This document shows positions 38,001 to 50,983 of a stretch of DNA of 64,000 bases, one piece after another. Numbering within the stretch: position 1 is the first letter of the stretch; each line of letters opens with the position of its first letter. The notes beneath the pieces are model-generated. The model did no database searches and had not been told where the DNA came from. It worked only from the letters and a program-made list of their open reading frames with translations. Origin of the DNA: Lingula anatina (lineage: Eukaryota; Animalia; Brachiopoda). The DNA is taken from contig CM120642.1 of NCBI GenBank assembly GCA_051362555.1, forward strand, positions 9,982,001 through 10,046,000, in the 5' to 3' direction. The position numbers and the translations under genes are program-made.

Positions 38001-39299
38001 ATAGCATGAAACTTTATTTATTTAGAAGAATGAAGAAAAACAATCAGCAATTAAGTAAATGACTTCAAACTGTAGACTGTATTAACAAATGAATGGTCAG
38101 TTTAATTGAGAATTAACTTACTTCATACTATTGTAAAAATGTGTACTTGAATTAAGACATCTGAACGTACCCATCCTTGCATTTTCCACACTGGCTATTG
38201 GCTGTTGCTGTGCATTCAGTGGCAGTGATGCGATTTGAGAGTTCACAGGTTTTGCATGGTAAACAATAGGCAACTCCAATTTTATTACTAAATGTTTCAC
38301 CTTTTTTACATGGCTCACAGACTATGTCACATGGATCAGGCTAGAGAGAATAAAAAAATAATTATGATTAACATTAAGCTCAATAAAAGTAAAGACTTGC
38401 AATCAAAAATTGAAATGGGAACTTAAAAATATTGGATGTTAATGTACATGTATTTCTTTTGCAAACTCATTGATATTTTAAAAGAATGAAAATGTTTCAC
38501 TAAAATCAGCTGGATGTACATGTATACTATTTCAGTAATGGGTACACAAGTCTTTGCTGCTAAGTTATGCTTATTATCTATTTATTAAGTCTTTGCCATA
38601 TTTTTTGAAATAAGAAAAATATTCAAAAATATTTTTCTTACAAAAAACTCGCGTTTCTTTCCGTAGCCTATTTCACAGGTATTACACTCTTTACAACAAC
38701 CATCATTGGTCTTCTTGTCATTACGGTTGCAACCCTGTGATCCTGGACTGTAGAACCTCTCTCCATTTTCTTTGCACATAGCATTGGATGGAATCTCATT
38801 GGAATACACTGTGCTTGGAAGCTTAAACATTTAAAAATTGATCGATTACATTTTCTTAAAAGATTAAAATTTTAGATTTAAAAAAATGTACTGATATCAG
38901 CCAGCACACTGAAAAACATTGCCCATGCTGTTAAAGATTGAGTGCATTGGAGACCTCTTACTGGATTGAATAGGCCACATTGAGTATTGGATCTTAAAAA
39001 TGTAATGTAGTAAGTCTTAACAAGCAATACGTATCACAATGATCACTACAGACTGCATGTACATGTATAATCTAGGTTATAAGTATCAGAAGTATTAATT
39101 AAGACTCAATTAATCCAGCTAGCCATTGTGGTTCTGTGCCATTTTAGTTCCCAGCTTCCAGGATAGAACTGATAGCATGTTAACACTATATGTGATGATA
39201 ATATTAGTACATATTTTGTTTGTTGAAAGAGACTTAAAGTTTTACCTGAGTAACAGAAAGCACTCCGAAGAGGATAAATAACTTGTGGACTCTTATCAT
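34268..39299 (-). CDS. TNF receptor superfamily paralog 3 (EDAR-like, death domain), ~639 aa
   Basis: Exons: 39299-39246 (signal MIRVHKLFILFGVLSVTQ), 38821-38642 (CRD1), 38340-38171 (CRD2), 37954-37626 (CRD3 + mucin stalk), 37323-37123 (TM GIIIAVAVAVIVAIIAVVAGC), 36927-36834, 36609-36251, 35873-35739, 35504-35464, 35260-35212, 34575-34268 (death domain LAAELDPPKPMCNNWRHFG..MERYSAL). Total 1920 nt in frame. Confidence 0.9.
37714..37821 (-). repeat. Coding 27-bp minisatellite (4 x TP[L/M]VSST[P/S]T-like) in TNFR3 stalk
   Basis: Translation TPLVSSTPT TPMVSSTST TPLVSSTPT TPMVFSTT. Confidence 0.85.
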
Positions 39300-40849
39300 G
39301 ATAATCACCAATCAGATTTTCTCTCCCAATCCTGCTGTAATGTGAAAAAAAGAATATTGGACAGAGGAGACACATATATATGCCTAAATAATATAACAGA
39401 TTAATCCTGGAGTTAGCAAAAATTTCCAGGCTTTAAGTTAAGACCAACTACAGTTATTATACGAGGCTGGCCCCCTCGTCTGTAGACAAGACACCAACTG
39501 GAAGTATCAATATACTGTTAAAGCATAGAATTACCCAAGGAGTGGCTGTGTTTTATGACGTCAGATGATTTCAAAGGGGGACAATGACTTAACGTGCTAA
39601 TAATAAATACTATTGTGAAATAACATCAGGGCACACATTTCTATGACCTTTGATATTTGTTTGTGAGAAATGATGTTATGAATGCATGTGTAATTACCTG
39701 TCTGGTGTGCTATTCAGGTTGAATCTTAGGATAGGATACTTATTTGATAGGTAACTCTCACCATAATGAATGAGCACCAAGGCAGGCGCTGACTGTTTGT
39801 TCACTACATGCCTTGGTTTATTCTACTTTAACCTTGTCTTCTAGTGCTCTAGTGCTTAATCTGTGTCTAGTAATGTGATTGTCATTTTAAAGGTCCATAC
39901 TAAGATCCAAAATCTTGGATCCTAGGACCAATGTAGGATTTTTTTATGACAAACTCACACTTGACAAATTTACCAAAGGTAATGTTTCTTTTAAAAACTA
40001 ATCTTTGATCTTTCTTTTTTGACACATTACCCTGTAAATCAGGTATTTTCAAATATGTTTTACCATAAAAATGATTCTGGAATTGTTAAGTTAGCTATTT
40101 CTAATTAGGATATAGGTAGCTATAAGCAGACTGGTTGATGCATTAGTTTGGATGTTGACACAGATATGTAGTGTAAACACATTGATTCAATTTTTCCAAA
40201 ATTTAGAATTCAATTTCCGAGAAACCATATAATTAATTGTCAGCATATTATGGGATAAAAATGACTAATGAATATATTCCTTAGAATCACAATGAAAAAA
40301 ATGTAATATATTATTGAATCTGGATTATGAATCCCATTTCTGTTTCAATAAACTGCGAAAAATGAATAAATAAATAAAAAAACTTTCAATTAAATCCACA
40401 TGCAGTCACACAGATAAACAAGGGCCTGTTTCTTGTTCAATCATAATGCATATAAGTATTCTGCACATGGCAGAAATGGTGACACAGCAGTTAATTCTTA
40501 TTGATAAGTTATTTATCATTGATCGCTCTGCAATGTATACCTCTTCAAGACCTGATTTTCTTGTCACTGGTGAACAATGAATGTGATAAATTTCATTATT
40601 TCGTAAGAAGTATATATAAATTAGCATGCATCAGTTGTTGACTTCGCATTACCTTTGAAATTTTCTATATCTTTAGTTTGCTCAAATAGTAACATACATA
40701 TCTACACAATCTCTTTCATCAGGTAAAATCATTCTTCTGTACGTCACTGTAAATGTTGCAGCAAGTCCCACCATGACTGACATGGCACGTGTATGAAAGG
40801 GATTGATATTAATAGAATTTTTGCTAGCATCAGTAATTTTCTTTGGGAT

Positions 40850-40965
40850 GGGCTTTAACCCTTAAACTTGGATGCCCTGCCCCCTATGGCTTAATTTAAC
40901 CCTTTAAACTTGGGATTCCCTGCCCCCTATGGCTTTACTCCTTTACATTTGGATTCCCTGTCCCC
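40850..40965. repeat. Short degenerate tandem repeat (~45 bp x3)
   Basis: aaacttggatgccctgcccc / aaacttgggattccctgcccc / catttggattccctgtcccc. Confidence 0.7.
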
Positions 40966-41699
40966 TTTTCACATGTTTCTTCAGATCAAGACTGGATTTA
41001 ACAAATACATTGCAGTACATGTGCTGACTTACCATAGGACATCCAACATAAATAATGTATTATTTTGTCATAATGACATACCTTAATTGATGAAATCATA
41101 CCTGGAGTCAGACCATATTAAAGTAGCCAATGATAGCTACTGTAGGGTTGTTTACCAAATTTCTGCACCCATTTTCTATTGGCCACAAGCTAAGTTACCC
41201 TATATTTAGAAGCAAAATTTGGGGGGTTATTCCCCTAAGTTTCGAACAGTTCTGATTCATGTAATACCTTGCTGCAGTCCACCAAAGAAAATAACTTCTT
41301 TGTTTAATACATTATACCCATAAATGTGTGCTAAATTTTTTTTGAAATGAGTATATAGTGTCTTCATTTAATGAACTGCACTGTAGTATTGATATATCCT
41401 TGGACATAGTAAACTAAAATGTATAAAATAAAGACTAATTTCATGTGCCCCAGGCCTAGACAGTTATCCAAAATGGTTTTGAATTCACTCAGTGCACTTT
41501 TTCACACGTCTCATTAACCACAGTAAAATATACATCAGAGCAATTATGAAAAACAAATCTTTGGTTATTCATTGTACCTGACAGGTTGTAGTTATGAAGT
41601 TCTTTTACTTTATATGCAAAACCTGTGTAGGATATGGCTATATTGTTTAGGGAAATCCTTACTGGAACATTCCCACAAAGCTGTCTGGCCACACAGGTA

Positions 41700-44600
41700 T
41701 TCTAACTACTTGCACTAATGTGAGAAGATGACAAACAGTGCTACTGATTTATTTTCGAAAACTCTATTGAAATATGCCTTATCATTTTATAAATGAACAC
41801 TTTTTTGCTGGAAAGTGGAGTCAAAGTCAGATTTCATGATTTTTGAAAGATCTAACATCAAAAATTGCCTATAAAACACTTCTTTGATTATGAACCAAAA
41901 CATTGTATGGGAACTTAAAAGCCAGCTTAGCAAGGTCATCTGTCAAATACATACATTGATCCTGGCAGAACTCAATTGTTACCTGTAAATTACCATCTGT
42001 ATCATATGTGATATTTCATTTTTAAAACTATAAGCGTGTGTTTGATAATTGCAAAATCTGTTTTTTGGTTATTATATGATGCTTATTATGATATCATGGC
42101 CAACTGACAACTGAACAAATAAGGGACCGTTCACATGGAAAGTCTATTTTCTAAAAATCTATTTTCTATTCGCGGTATCTTGTGATCACGGTCTGTGCCC
42201 TGAATATCCCGCGGCGTAATTACTGGCAGCGCGAGCCAGTTACTTTCAAAGCTGTAATTAATTCTCGGCTGTGCTCGGAGTGATCACAAGATACCGCGAA
42301 TAGAAAAAAGATTTTTAGAAAATAGACTTGTCATGTGAACGGAGCCTTAGTCATCTCACATGAACCTGCACTGATAAGGTTTCATGTACAGATGAAGGGG
42401 CAGATTTAAAATGTGCCTATAATCTGATAGAGTAAGAATGATGTTAAATTTTCATATATTTTCTTGATAATTCTTTTATGCACCAAATATCAATGAAAAA
42501 AAAACAAAAACATTGTAATATATTCCATGTCAATGTTACCTATGTGTATTTAATTTCTTCATTCCATTCAACCCCAGTGTGATATATCAAATATCAAAAC
42601 AAATTGGTCGCAGAATTTTTTTTAAAAGCTGCAGTTGAATTTCAAATTATGTCAGATCCGTTTAGATAAATATCAGTTATATGAATTTCAACTGTCATTT
42701 CGTCACTGAAGAATATAAAACCTAGCTACTGAATTTCAGATTTACCACTGGCAACATGTATCAGAGCTCCTCACCTTATTCACTGGAGTGTCAAGCAGCT
42801 AGTGAACCTGACAGGAAGTCTAGACAAGGCAAGGAGTGCCCATTTGTTATTGCGTGGGAGGACTGATTAATTTTGGAACATACAAAGTCAAATATGTAAA
42901 CACGCATGGTCAACTTTTAAATATACTTTTTGGCTTTGGGCCAAATGGCCCACAGACCCATTGGTGAATCAGAGGTACAACAACAGGTAAATACAAAAAA
43001 TAATAATAATAATAAATATATATGTAACAAAAAAGAAAACTTTGACTGGATTATTATAAATGAGTACTGTTTTATGTATTATTATTATTATTATTATTAT
43101 TGTAATCTTTGTGATGTTTTTTTATTCCATTAATTATTGTAATTATTACTTTTTGGCTTTGGGCCAAATGGCCCAAAGACCCACTGGCGAAACAGAGGTA
43201 CAACAACAGGTAAATACAAAAATAATAATAATAATAATAAAAATTATTATTATTATAATGATAATAAATATATATGTAGCAAAAAAGAAAACTTTGACTG
43301 TATTTTTATAGATGAGTACTGTTTTATGTATTATTATTATTATTATTATTGTAAGTCTTTGTGATGTTTTTTTTTATTCCATTAATTGGGTCATGTACAT
43401 GAAGTATTATATAGGTAAATTTCTCTGATTTTGCAATATACTGATGGCCTAGAGTGGTGCTGATTTTAGTCAAAACGTTTCACCTGCAAGGAAAACTTTT
43501 AAAATGTACCAAGAAAATGAAAAAGAAAATAGATTTATTCTAAAGCAAGTTGCCATGCATTGTTACATGAGTACCTAACATTTTTTTCATCTATAACATT
43601 TTCTATAGGGTTTTTAAGTAATTGACTCCAAAGTTAAAATCACCAGAGAGACAAAACAAACATGGATATCTATAATTTTTCCAATCTTAGAATGGATACA
43701 ATAGTGTCAAGTAAGCATGAAAAATCTATCAGACAGAAATGTCATAGGGACTAACCTTAACCGGTTTCAACTGGTATTTGTGAAACTACTGTAGACACTG
43801 ACTTCCAGTAGCTAGGTCACTGCATGAATACATGGCTAATAAATATATTTATTACTGTAAAGCGAAAATACACACCTCTCTCCTAGCTCGAGCTCCCATC
43901 ACCTGTATAGATTTGTTTAGATGGGCAGAATTGAGTGATGCAATACAATATACATATTACATATATGCAGTGTATTGTGTGGGGAAATCTGCATTGGAAC
44001 ATTTCTGCAATGCTGTCTGGCCACACACAGGTTAAAGGGATAATAACTCTTCCTTTTGGCTAAAAAATGAATTTTCCTGGAGTAAACAACAATTTTCCCA
44101 TACTTACCAATGGTTAATGAATCCATTTTTACATTCAAAGTTAGTCCCTGTTTTTTTTTCTAAAAATTTTTTTTTTTTGTTATAATCTCTTAAGAGATGC
44201 ATGTTATAATCTCTTAAGAGATTATAATAGAGTATAGCCATCAATGGAGGTCACGTGGTCTAAAGACAAGCTCAGATATCAGAATAATAGCTATAACTGC
44301 CGTATTTGTGGTGAAACAGAATATATTATTTTTCTGTGAGTTGTTTACGATGTTTTAATTGTGAAATATAGATCTCATACGAAGAGGTATTATCCCTTTA
44401 AGCTACTTACACTAATATGAGAAGATGATGGCAGGAAGCTGTGCTCCTAATTTCTTTTCAAAAACATAATTGAAATCTGCCTTATCATTTAGAAATAAAC
44501 CTTTTTTTGCTGGGAAGGGGAGTCAAAGTCAGATTTCATGATTTTTGAAAGATCTAACATCAAAAATTGCCTATAAAACACTTCTTTGATTATGAACCAA

Positions 44601-45800
44601 AACATTGTATGGGAACTTAAAAGCCAGCTTAGCAAAGTCAGCTGTCAAATACATACATTGATCCTAGCAGAAATCAATTGTTACCTGTAAATTACCATCT
44701 GCATATATATGTGATATTTCATTTTTAAAACTAACCATAAGCATGTGTTTGATAATTGTTAAATGTGTTTTTGGTTATTTTGTGAAACTTATTATGCTAT
44801 CATGGCCAATTGACAATAAATGAATAAGACACCTGTTATAAATGAGCTTGATAAGGATCATGGAAGATATACTAATGACAGGACAGATTTAAAATGACAC
44901 CTGAAACATTACATCTAACTTACTAAGAGGATATCATAGTTTTTCTGATACATTTAGTGTACTTGCATGATAGAATAGAAATGATGTTAAACTTTTATCA
45001 GTTTTTTAATAATCCTTATATGCAAGTTTCATGTTATCGTGAATATCACTTGTTGTAAAAACTCTCACCAAATGTTCATAAAAAAAAAAAACTCTGTAAT
45101 ATATTCCATGTGAAGACTGAGTGCTAACTGTGCCTACTTGATTTCCACAATGCATTTAACCACAACGTAATATATCTAATATCAAAACAAAGTGGTTGCA
45201 GAATTTTTTAAAAGCTGCAGTTCAATTTCAGATTATGTCAGATCAGTTAAGATAAATATCATTTACATCTATTTCCAATGTCATTTTGTCACTGAAGAAT
45301 ATAAAACCTAGCTACTGAATTTCAGATTAACCACTAGCTGGCAACACATTATATCAGAGCTCCTCACCTTATTCGCCTGAGTGTGGAATAGCCTAAGTGA
45401 ACCAGACAGGAAGTCTAGACAAGGCAAGGAGTGGCCATGTGTTATTGCGTGGGAGGACTGTTTTATTTTGGAATATGCATGGTCAACTTTTGAATATACT
45501 TTTTTGTCTTTGGGTCAAATGGCTCGCCAATACACTCGTAATATTTCACATACAGCTCGGCGACTCGTATTGTATCTATCACTTATTACTGAAAAGCGAA
45601 AATACGTACCTCTCTCCCCCCCATCACCTGTATAGATTTTTAAATGGGCAGAATTGAGTGATGCAATACAATATACATATTACATATGTGCAGTGTATTT
45701 GATAAGAGATGAAAAACAAAGTCCAAACTAGGCAAAGAGCGACCATGTGTTATTGCCTGGGACGACAGTTTTGTTTTGGAATGAACAAAAATAAGTGAAC
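41700..45800. repeat. Duplicated non-coding block (~41700-42950 vs ~44405-45530) with nested ~240-bp tandem duplication (42925-43390)
   Basis: Near-identical gagtcaaagtcagatttcatgatttttgaaagatctaacatc... at ~41818 and ~44520; tttggctttgggccaaatggccc at ~42929 and ~43152. Confidence 0.88.
42123..42346. mobile_element. MITE family 1, internally deleted copy
   Basis: gggaccgttcacatgg...catgtgaacggagcc flanked by TAA/TTA; absent from the paralogous segment near 44820. Confidence 0.82.
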
Positions 45801-46921
45801 ACATGCATTGTCAATAACTTTCAGAAATTGAAGGGATGGTTTGCCCCCCCCCCCTCCCCCCCCCCCCCCCGACACCACTGAAATCTGCCGCTGCACACAA
45901 ACACACACACACACATCATCATCATCATCATCATCTTATTTCTAATGTATAAATGTATTCTTAAGTCTTTTATGAGGGTTGTAGATTAACCAACATGGTG
46001 ACTTCTAAGCATGTAATTTGACCTGTACCTTAGGTCAATAAATGATATTTTTGTCAATCTTAAACAGCTGTCACTAACTCTCGTTTGAATAATTATTGAT
46101 AAATGCATCATACATAACTAAGTCATATACCTATAACTGCAAAACTGGGCAAACAGATAAAAGGATCAAATTTTTTTTTTTTTTTTTTTGCTGATCGAGT
46201 GATTTATTTATTTTTTATTGTGATAATAGATCTAGATATGTATTACATGTATGTATAACACAAGTAGTTTAGAGGGCCTGCAAAATGTACTGAAACATTT
46301 TAGTGCTCAATAAAATTATTATTATTATTATTATTAATTTGTTTGGTTTATTTTTTGGCATGTGGACATTATTTAAGTCTATAAGATACTGGTAGAAGTG
46401 ATTTATAAATGTTAGAGGGAGATATTATAAACAGTTCTAAAATACGGTTTAGTTTGACCTTTTCTTTTGAATAAAAAATAATAAAAGAGTTAATTATGGA
46501 TGCACATTGACCACAGTTCACATGTAATAAACATTGTCAGCAATAATTGTAATACATTTTTATCTCTTTTTTCATGATTTTTTTTTTTTTTTTGCATGTG
46601 TGTAAAACCTCATTACTAAAATAACGGCAATTTTATAGGCATCTCATGTAAATAATAACAGAAATAATTTGAAAAATAAGTACGGTTATGTATGACTGCT
46701 TTGGAAGACAGAAATGTAAATACTAATGGTAATTACAAGCCTATTAGGAGATGTGAATTTAACGAAGTAATTTCATGATAAGTGACAAAAACTAGATAAT
46801 TATCTGATAAATATTATTCTTATAGCACTGACATAACAAGGCCAGGAAATGGATCAAATAAAAATAATAACTTCACTTAGCACAGAATTAATGAAACATT
46901 TGATGGGCAAGTTTGCCTGAG

Positions 46922-46929
46922 TATAAAAG
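46922..46929 (+). promoter_or_regulatory. TATA box of peptide gene A
   Basis: TATAAAAG 57 nt upstream of the ATG; equivalent motif at 50927 in copy B. Confidence 0.65.
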
Positions 46930-46978
46930 CCCAGTAGTCATTGCCAAGTTTTAAGATAAATGTCATAACAAAGCCAAA

Positions 46979-47200
46979 ATGTTTTCAAAGAGGTGTGCTT
47001 TAGTAATGCTGTGTCTCGTGGTGGTTATGGCAGGGTTGGCATTGTCTAAAAATTACTTGATAGGAGACACAAGTAACATGCCTGAATTCTGCAAGAAACA
47101 TCCTGTAGGTACCAAGGTCTGTAATGGTATTGCTGATGAATTGGGCCACTGGACCTGCTGCACATGTGGACCAAATGGTGCATTTGGATGTACAGGATAA
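46979..47200 (+). CDS. Secreted six-cysteine peptide precursor, copy A (73 aa)
   Basis: TATAAAAG at 46922, good start context (gccaaaATG), signal peptide MFSKRCALVMLCLVVVMAGLALS, mature KNYLIGDTSNMPEFCKKHPVGTKVCNGIADELGHWTCCTCGPNGAFGCTG. ORF is conserved in the duplicate copy. Splice donor at 47218 and AATAAA signals lie downstream. Confidence 0.85.
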   Translation: MFSKRCALVMLCLVVVMAGLALSKNYLIGDTSNMPEFCKKHPVGTKVCNGIADELGHWTCCTCGPNGAFGCTG

Positions 47201-49524
47201 CTGAAACCAGTATGCTGGTATGTATCTTTTTCCTGTATTCTGAACAAGAACTATACATGTATCATTTTATAGTTGTATGTACTGCTTGATTACTATATTT
47301 AATTATTTGTTTCTTTCAGTTTCTTGTCAGCATTATTTATCATCACCTAACAATTTAAAGAAGTGCAGGGGTCACGAATGCCCTCCACACACTTGAAGGC
47401 CATGAGGACCATGGGGATGATAGATTTTATATCTAACATGTTTTTACTCTCAAAAAATAAAGTTTAATAAATAAAGAACTGGGTGACTTATTCTTGTCCA
47501 AATTGCATTTCACTTTGTATGAGGCGTTTTATCCAACCTTTTAAAATGCATGATGACACCTGCACTTTGGGTTTTGTTTTTTATGTTGTCCTTAAGTTTT
47601 TTGCCATTTTCAAATATGCCTGATAAATTAAGTAAATGAATTTCTTTTTCCTTTTTGCAGTGGTGCCTGTGGCTACTTTCTTTTGGCTTGAAGAAAATGA
47701 AAAAACATGTTGTAGAACAGTGTGCCGATTGAAGTACATACAGTGTGAATTTTTGCTTCAGTCTATTTGACTGTTGCAGATAGATTATTCATTCTTAAAA
47801 TGTGAATTATGCAATAAATAAGTGCTAATCACAAACTGTAGTGCATTGTTTGTGTTTTTTTAACTCATTTACTTCAGAATATAAGTAATTAAATATCCAT
47901 TAAAAATTTCTGCGTTTACATGTCTTATGCCAATAAATATTTCTAAGGACATCTTTTTACTTCAGTTGCTGTTAGAAAGGGCTATTAATAGCCTATCACT
48001 GAATGAGTCATTTTTAAAAGAGAGAAAGGAGGGATTGTCATTATTGTTATTTTAGGAGAGTATTTTGACACCATTACATTTATTAGTGTCCAAGTATTTC
48101 ATTTAACATGTGCAAATGTTATCCACTTCTAGTTTTATCCATTTTTGTCCTTTGGCTGCCAAATGAAAAAAAAAGCACTTGTTATAAATGATCTTAATTA
48201 TAATTTCAGAGGGAAAATCTTAACATCCAATTTTCAATGTACAGTATTAAAAAAAATTGTGGTAGTTCACCATTTTTGACTGATAAACTTAAAAATTCAT
48301 GTTTCTTTCTTAAACTCTTCATAAAACATTATCTCCGGGTCTATTACCAAACAATGTTTCATAATCCCAACCGTGTTGACACATTACACCTTTGCATTCG
48401 GTCGAGAGATCATACAAAAGAACACAGGAAGTTGTAGTTTTTTAAAGTTCTGTGTATTTACTTTGGCTGTTATGAAATATGTGGGTGGACAAGTTAATAA
48501 CTTTGAGATTTAGCTGAGCTGTGCCAGTAGATGAATCTTAAGTTGAGAAGCTATGGGTAATAGTGTTAAATAATATACTTACATTTAATTATCTCATAAC
48601 ACCACCTGTGAATTCTACTCAAATGTGCCACAAAATTTTCATGATTTGAACTTTTGATAATAATAATATTAATGTACATATCAACCACTTTATGAGTACT
48701 TAAAAGCAATAAATGGAAGTGTGTGTTTGCAGCCTCTCCAGTCTATTGGGACATATTTTATTTTTCTGTTAAAGAAATCTGAGGTACAATAGAATGATAA
48801 ATCAAGACTTATAAGTCAAGCTCTTAGCATCAATATGTATTTTCTAGTACAGTACCGGTAGTACTTAACTGTTACCATCTGATACACTATCACATTTTAA
48901 AGAGTGGTTAATACCCCATAAAATGCGTACCACGTGCAAGAGATATGGACTATAAAGCAATTCATTTGTGAAAAAAATCTGAAGTTAATGCAAAAACAAT
49001 TAAAATTTCCATAGGGGTCTATAGTAATTGACTCCAGAGTTTAAATCACCAGAGCAACAAACATGGATATCTATCATTTTCGAATCTTAAACTGGATGCA
49101 ATAGTGTCAGTTAAGCATGAAAAATCTATCAGACAAAAATGTCATAAGGACAAACCTTAACCGGTTTCAACTGGTATTTGTCAAACTATGGAGACACTTT
49201 CAGTAGCTAGGTCACTGCATGGATACAAGGCTAATAAATATTACTGCAAAGGGAAAATGCCTCTCTCCTCCCATCACCTGTATAGATTTGTTTAATGGGC
49301 AGAACTGAGTGATGCAATACAATAAACATATTACATATACATATTACAGTGTATCTTAGAAGAGATAAAAAGTGAAGTCTAGATATGGCAAAGTGGAGGA
49401 CCATCTAATTTTGGGAGAAATGGAGTCTGCAATAAGTAAACACGACTTTTTAATATACTTTTTTGGCTTTGGGCCAATGGCCCATGGGTTACATACAGGG
49501 GCAGATCCAGGATTATTTGAAGTG

Positions 49525-49555
<31 letters not shown>

Positions 49556-49657
49556 AGGATGCGAAAACCCCCCCCTGACACCCCCCCCCCTCTAAATCCC
49601 GCATTGACATAGATGTGCAACTACAGGTTAAAACTAAAATAATAATAATAATAATAA

Positions 49658-49694
<37 letters not shown>

Positions 49695-49714
49695 TAAATT
49701 TTAAAAAAATAAAA

Positions 49715-49768
<54 letters not shown>

Positions 49769-50481
49769 TATCATAAATGATAATAATAATTATGTAATTT
49801 TTTATTAATGTAAAAAATAAATTATATAACTGTAGGAAGGTAAATACTGCCTTAATCATATTGATATAACATAAAAGTTTCTCTAACAAATACTTGTTCA
49901 TTAGAAATAAACACTCTGTTTACTGATTACCCTTAACTAGAAGAGATAATCAACAAGACTTGTCTTAGACATTTCCATGCTTGGTTGTAATATTGATTGG
50001 TTAATGAATTTAAAACACACACACACACACACACACACACGCATCATCATCATCATCATTGGTTTATGGTTTATTCTTTGCCATGTGGACAATATTTGAG
50101 TCTGTAAGGTACTGGGTGATTTATAAGTTCTACAGGGAGATTTTATAAAAAGTTCTAGAATAAGGTTGAGTTTGACCTTTTCTTTTGAATAAAAAATAAT
50201 AAAAGAGTTAATTATGGATGCACATTGACCACAGTTCACATGTAATAAACATTGTCAGCAATAATTGTAATACATTTTTATCTCTTTTTTCCTGTTTTTT
50301 TTTTTTTTGCATGTGTGTAAAACCTCATTACTAAAATAATGGCAATTTTTTGGCACCTCATGTAAATAATAGCAAAAATTTTTTGAAAAATAAGTACATG
50401 GTTAAAAATAATGGCAATTTTTTGGCACCTCATGTAAATAATAGCAGAAATAATTTGAAAAATAAATACATGGTTATGTAT

Positions 50482-50695
50482 GGGCGCATTCCCATAGATT
50501 TTAGATCGATCTATCCCCGTGGGGAGTCTCACTAGATTACAGTCAGATAATCTGGCTTAAATGTCCGTCCCGCCTACTACAAGCTGTAAGGGGATAATTA
50601 ACTTTCGTGCCTGCTCGGCTGACATCTATTTAGTGTGAACCCCCAGGGAGTTAGGTCGATTTAGTTGGATAGATCTTATCTCTGGGAATGGGGTC
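50482..50695. mobile_element. MITE family 3 inserted upstream of peptide gene B
   Basis: Imperfect TIRs gggcgcattcccatagat / atctctgggaatggggtc with a 3-bp TAT duplication. Copy A has the empty site (ggttatgTATgactgc at ~46684). A related right end is at ~10655-10710. Confidence 0.78.
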
Positions 50696-50926
50696 TATGA
50701 CTGCTTTGGAAGTCAGAAATGTAAATACTGTTGGTAATTACAAGCCTATTAGGAGATGTGAATTTAACAAAGTAATTTCATGATAAGTGACAAAAACTAG
50801 ATAATTATCTGATAAATATTATTCTAATAGCACTGACATAACAAGGCCAGGAAATGGATCAAATAAAAATAATAACTTCACTTAGCACAGAATTAATGAA
50901 ACATTTGATGGGCAAGTTTGCCTGAG

Positions 50927-50934
50927 TATAAAAA
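50927..50934 (+). promoter_or_regulatory. TATA box of peptide gene B
   Basis: TATAAAAA 57 nt upstream of ATG 50984. Confidence 0.65.
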
Positions 50935-50983
50935 CCCAGTAGTCATTGCCAAGTTTTAAAATAAATGTCATAACAAAGCCAAA

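Noticed and set aside
42930-43311. Repeated short ORFs MALGQMA(H/Q)RP.GE.EVQQQV
   Set aside because: Arise from a non-coding tandem duplication running into (TAA)n/(ATT)n microsatellites; no coherent exon chain found.
46979-47200. Calling the peptide a conotoxin, defensin or pacifastin
   Set aside because: Cysteine order resembles a knottin but the loop lengths (x9, x11, x1, x7) do not, there is no propeptide, and the pacifastin CNxCxC and terminal Cys are missing; left unassigned.
47046-47258. Minus-strand ORFs overlapping the peptide genes (also 51005-51270)
   Set aside because: Antisense shadows with no signal peptide or promoter; their recurrence is explained by the duplication.
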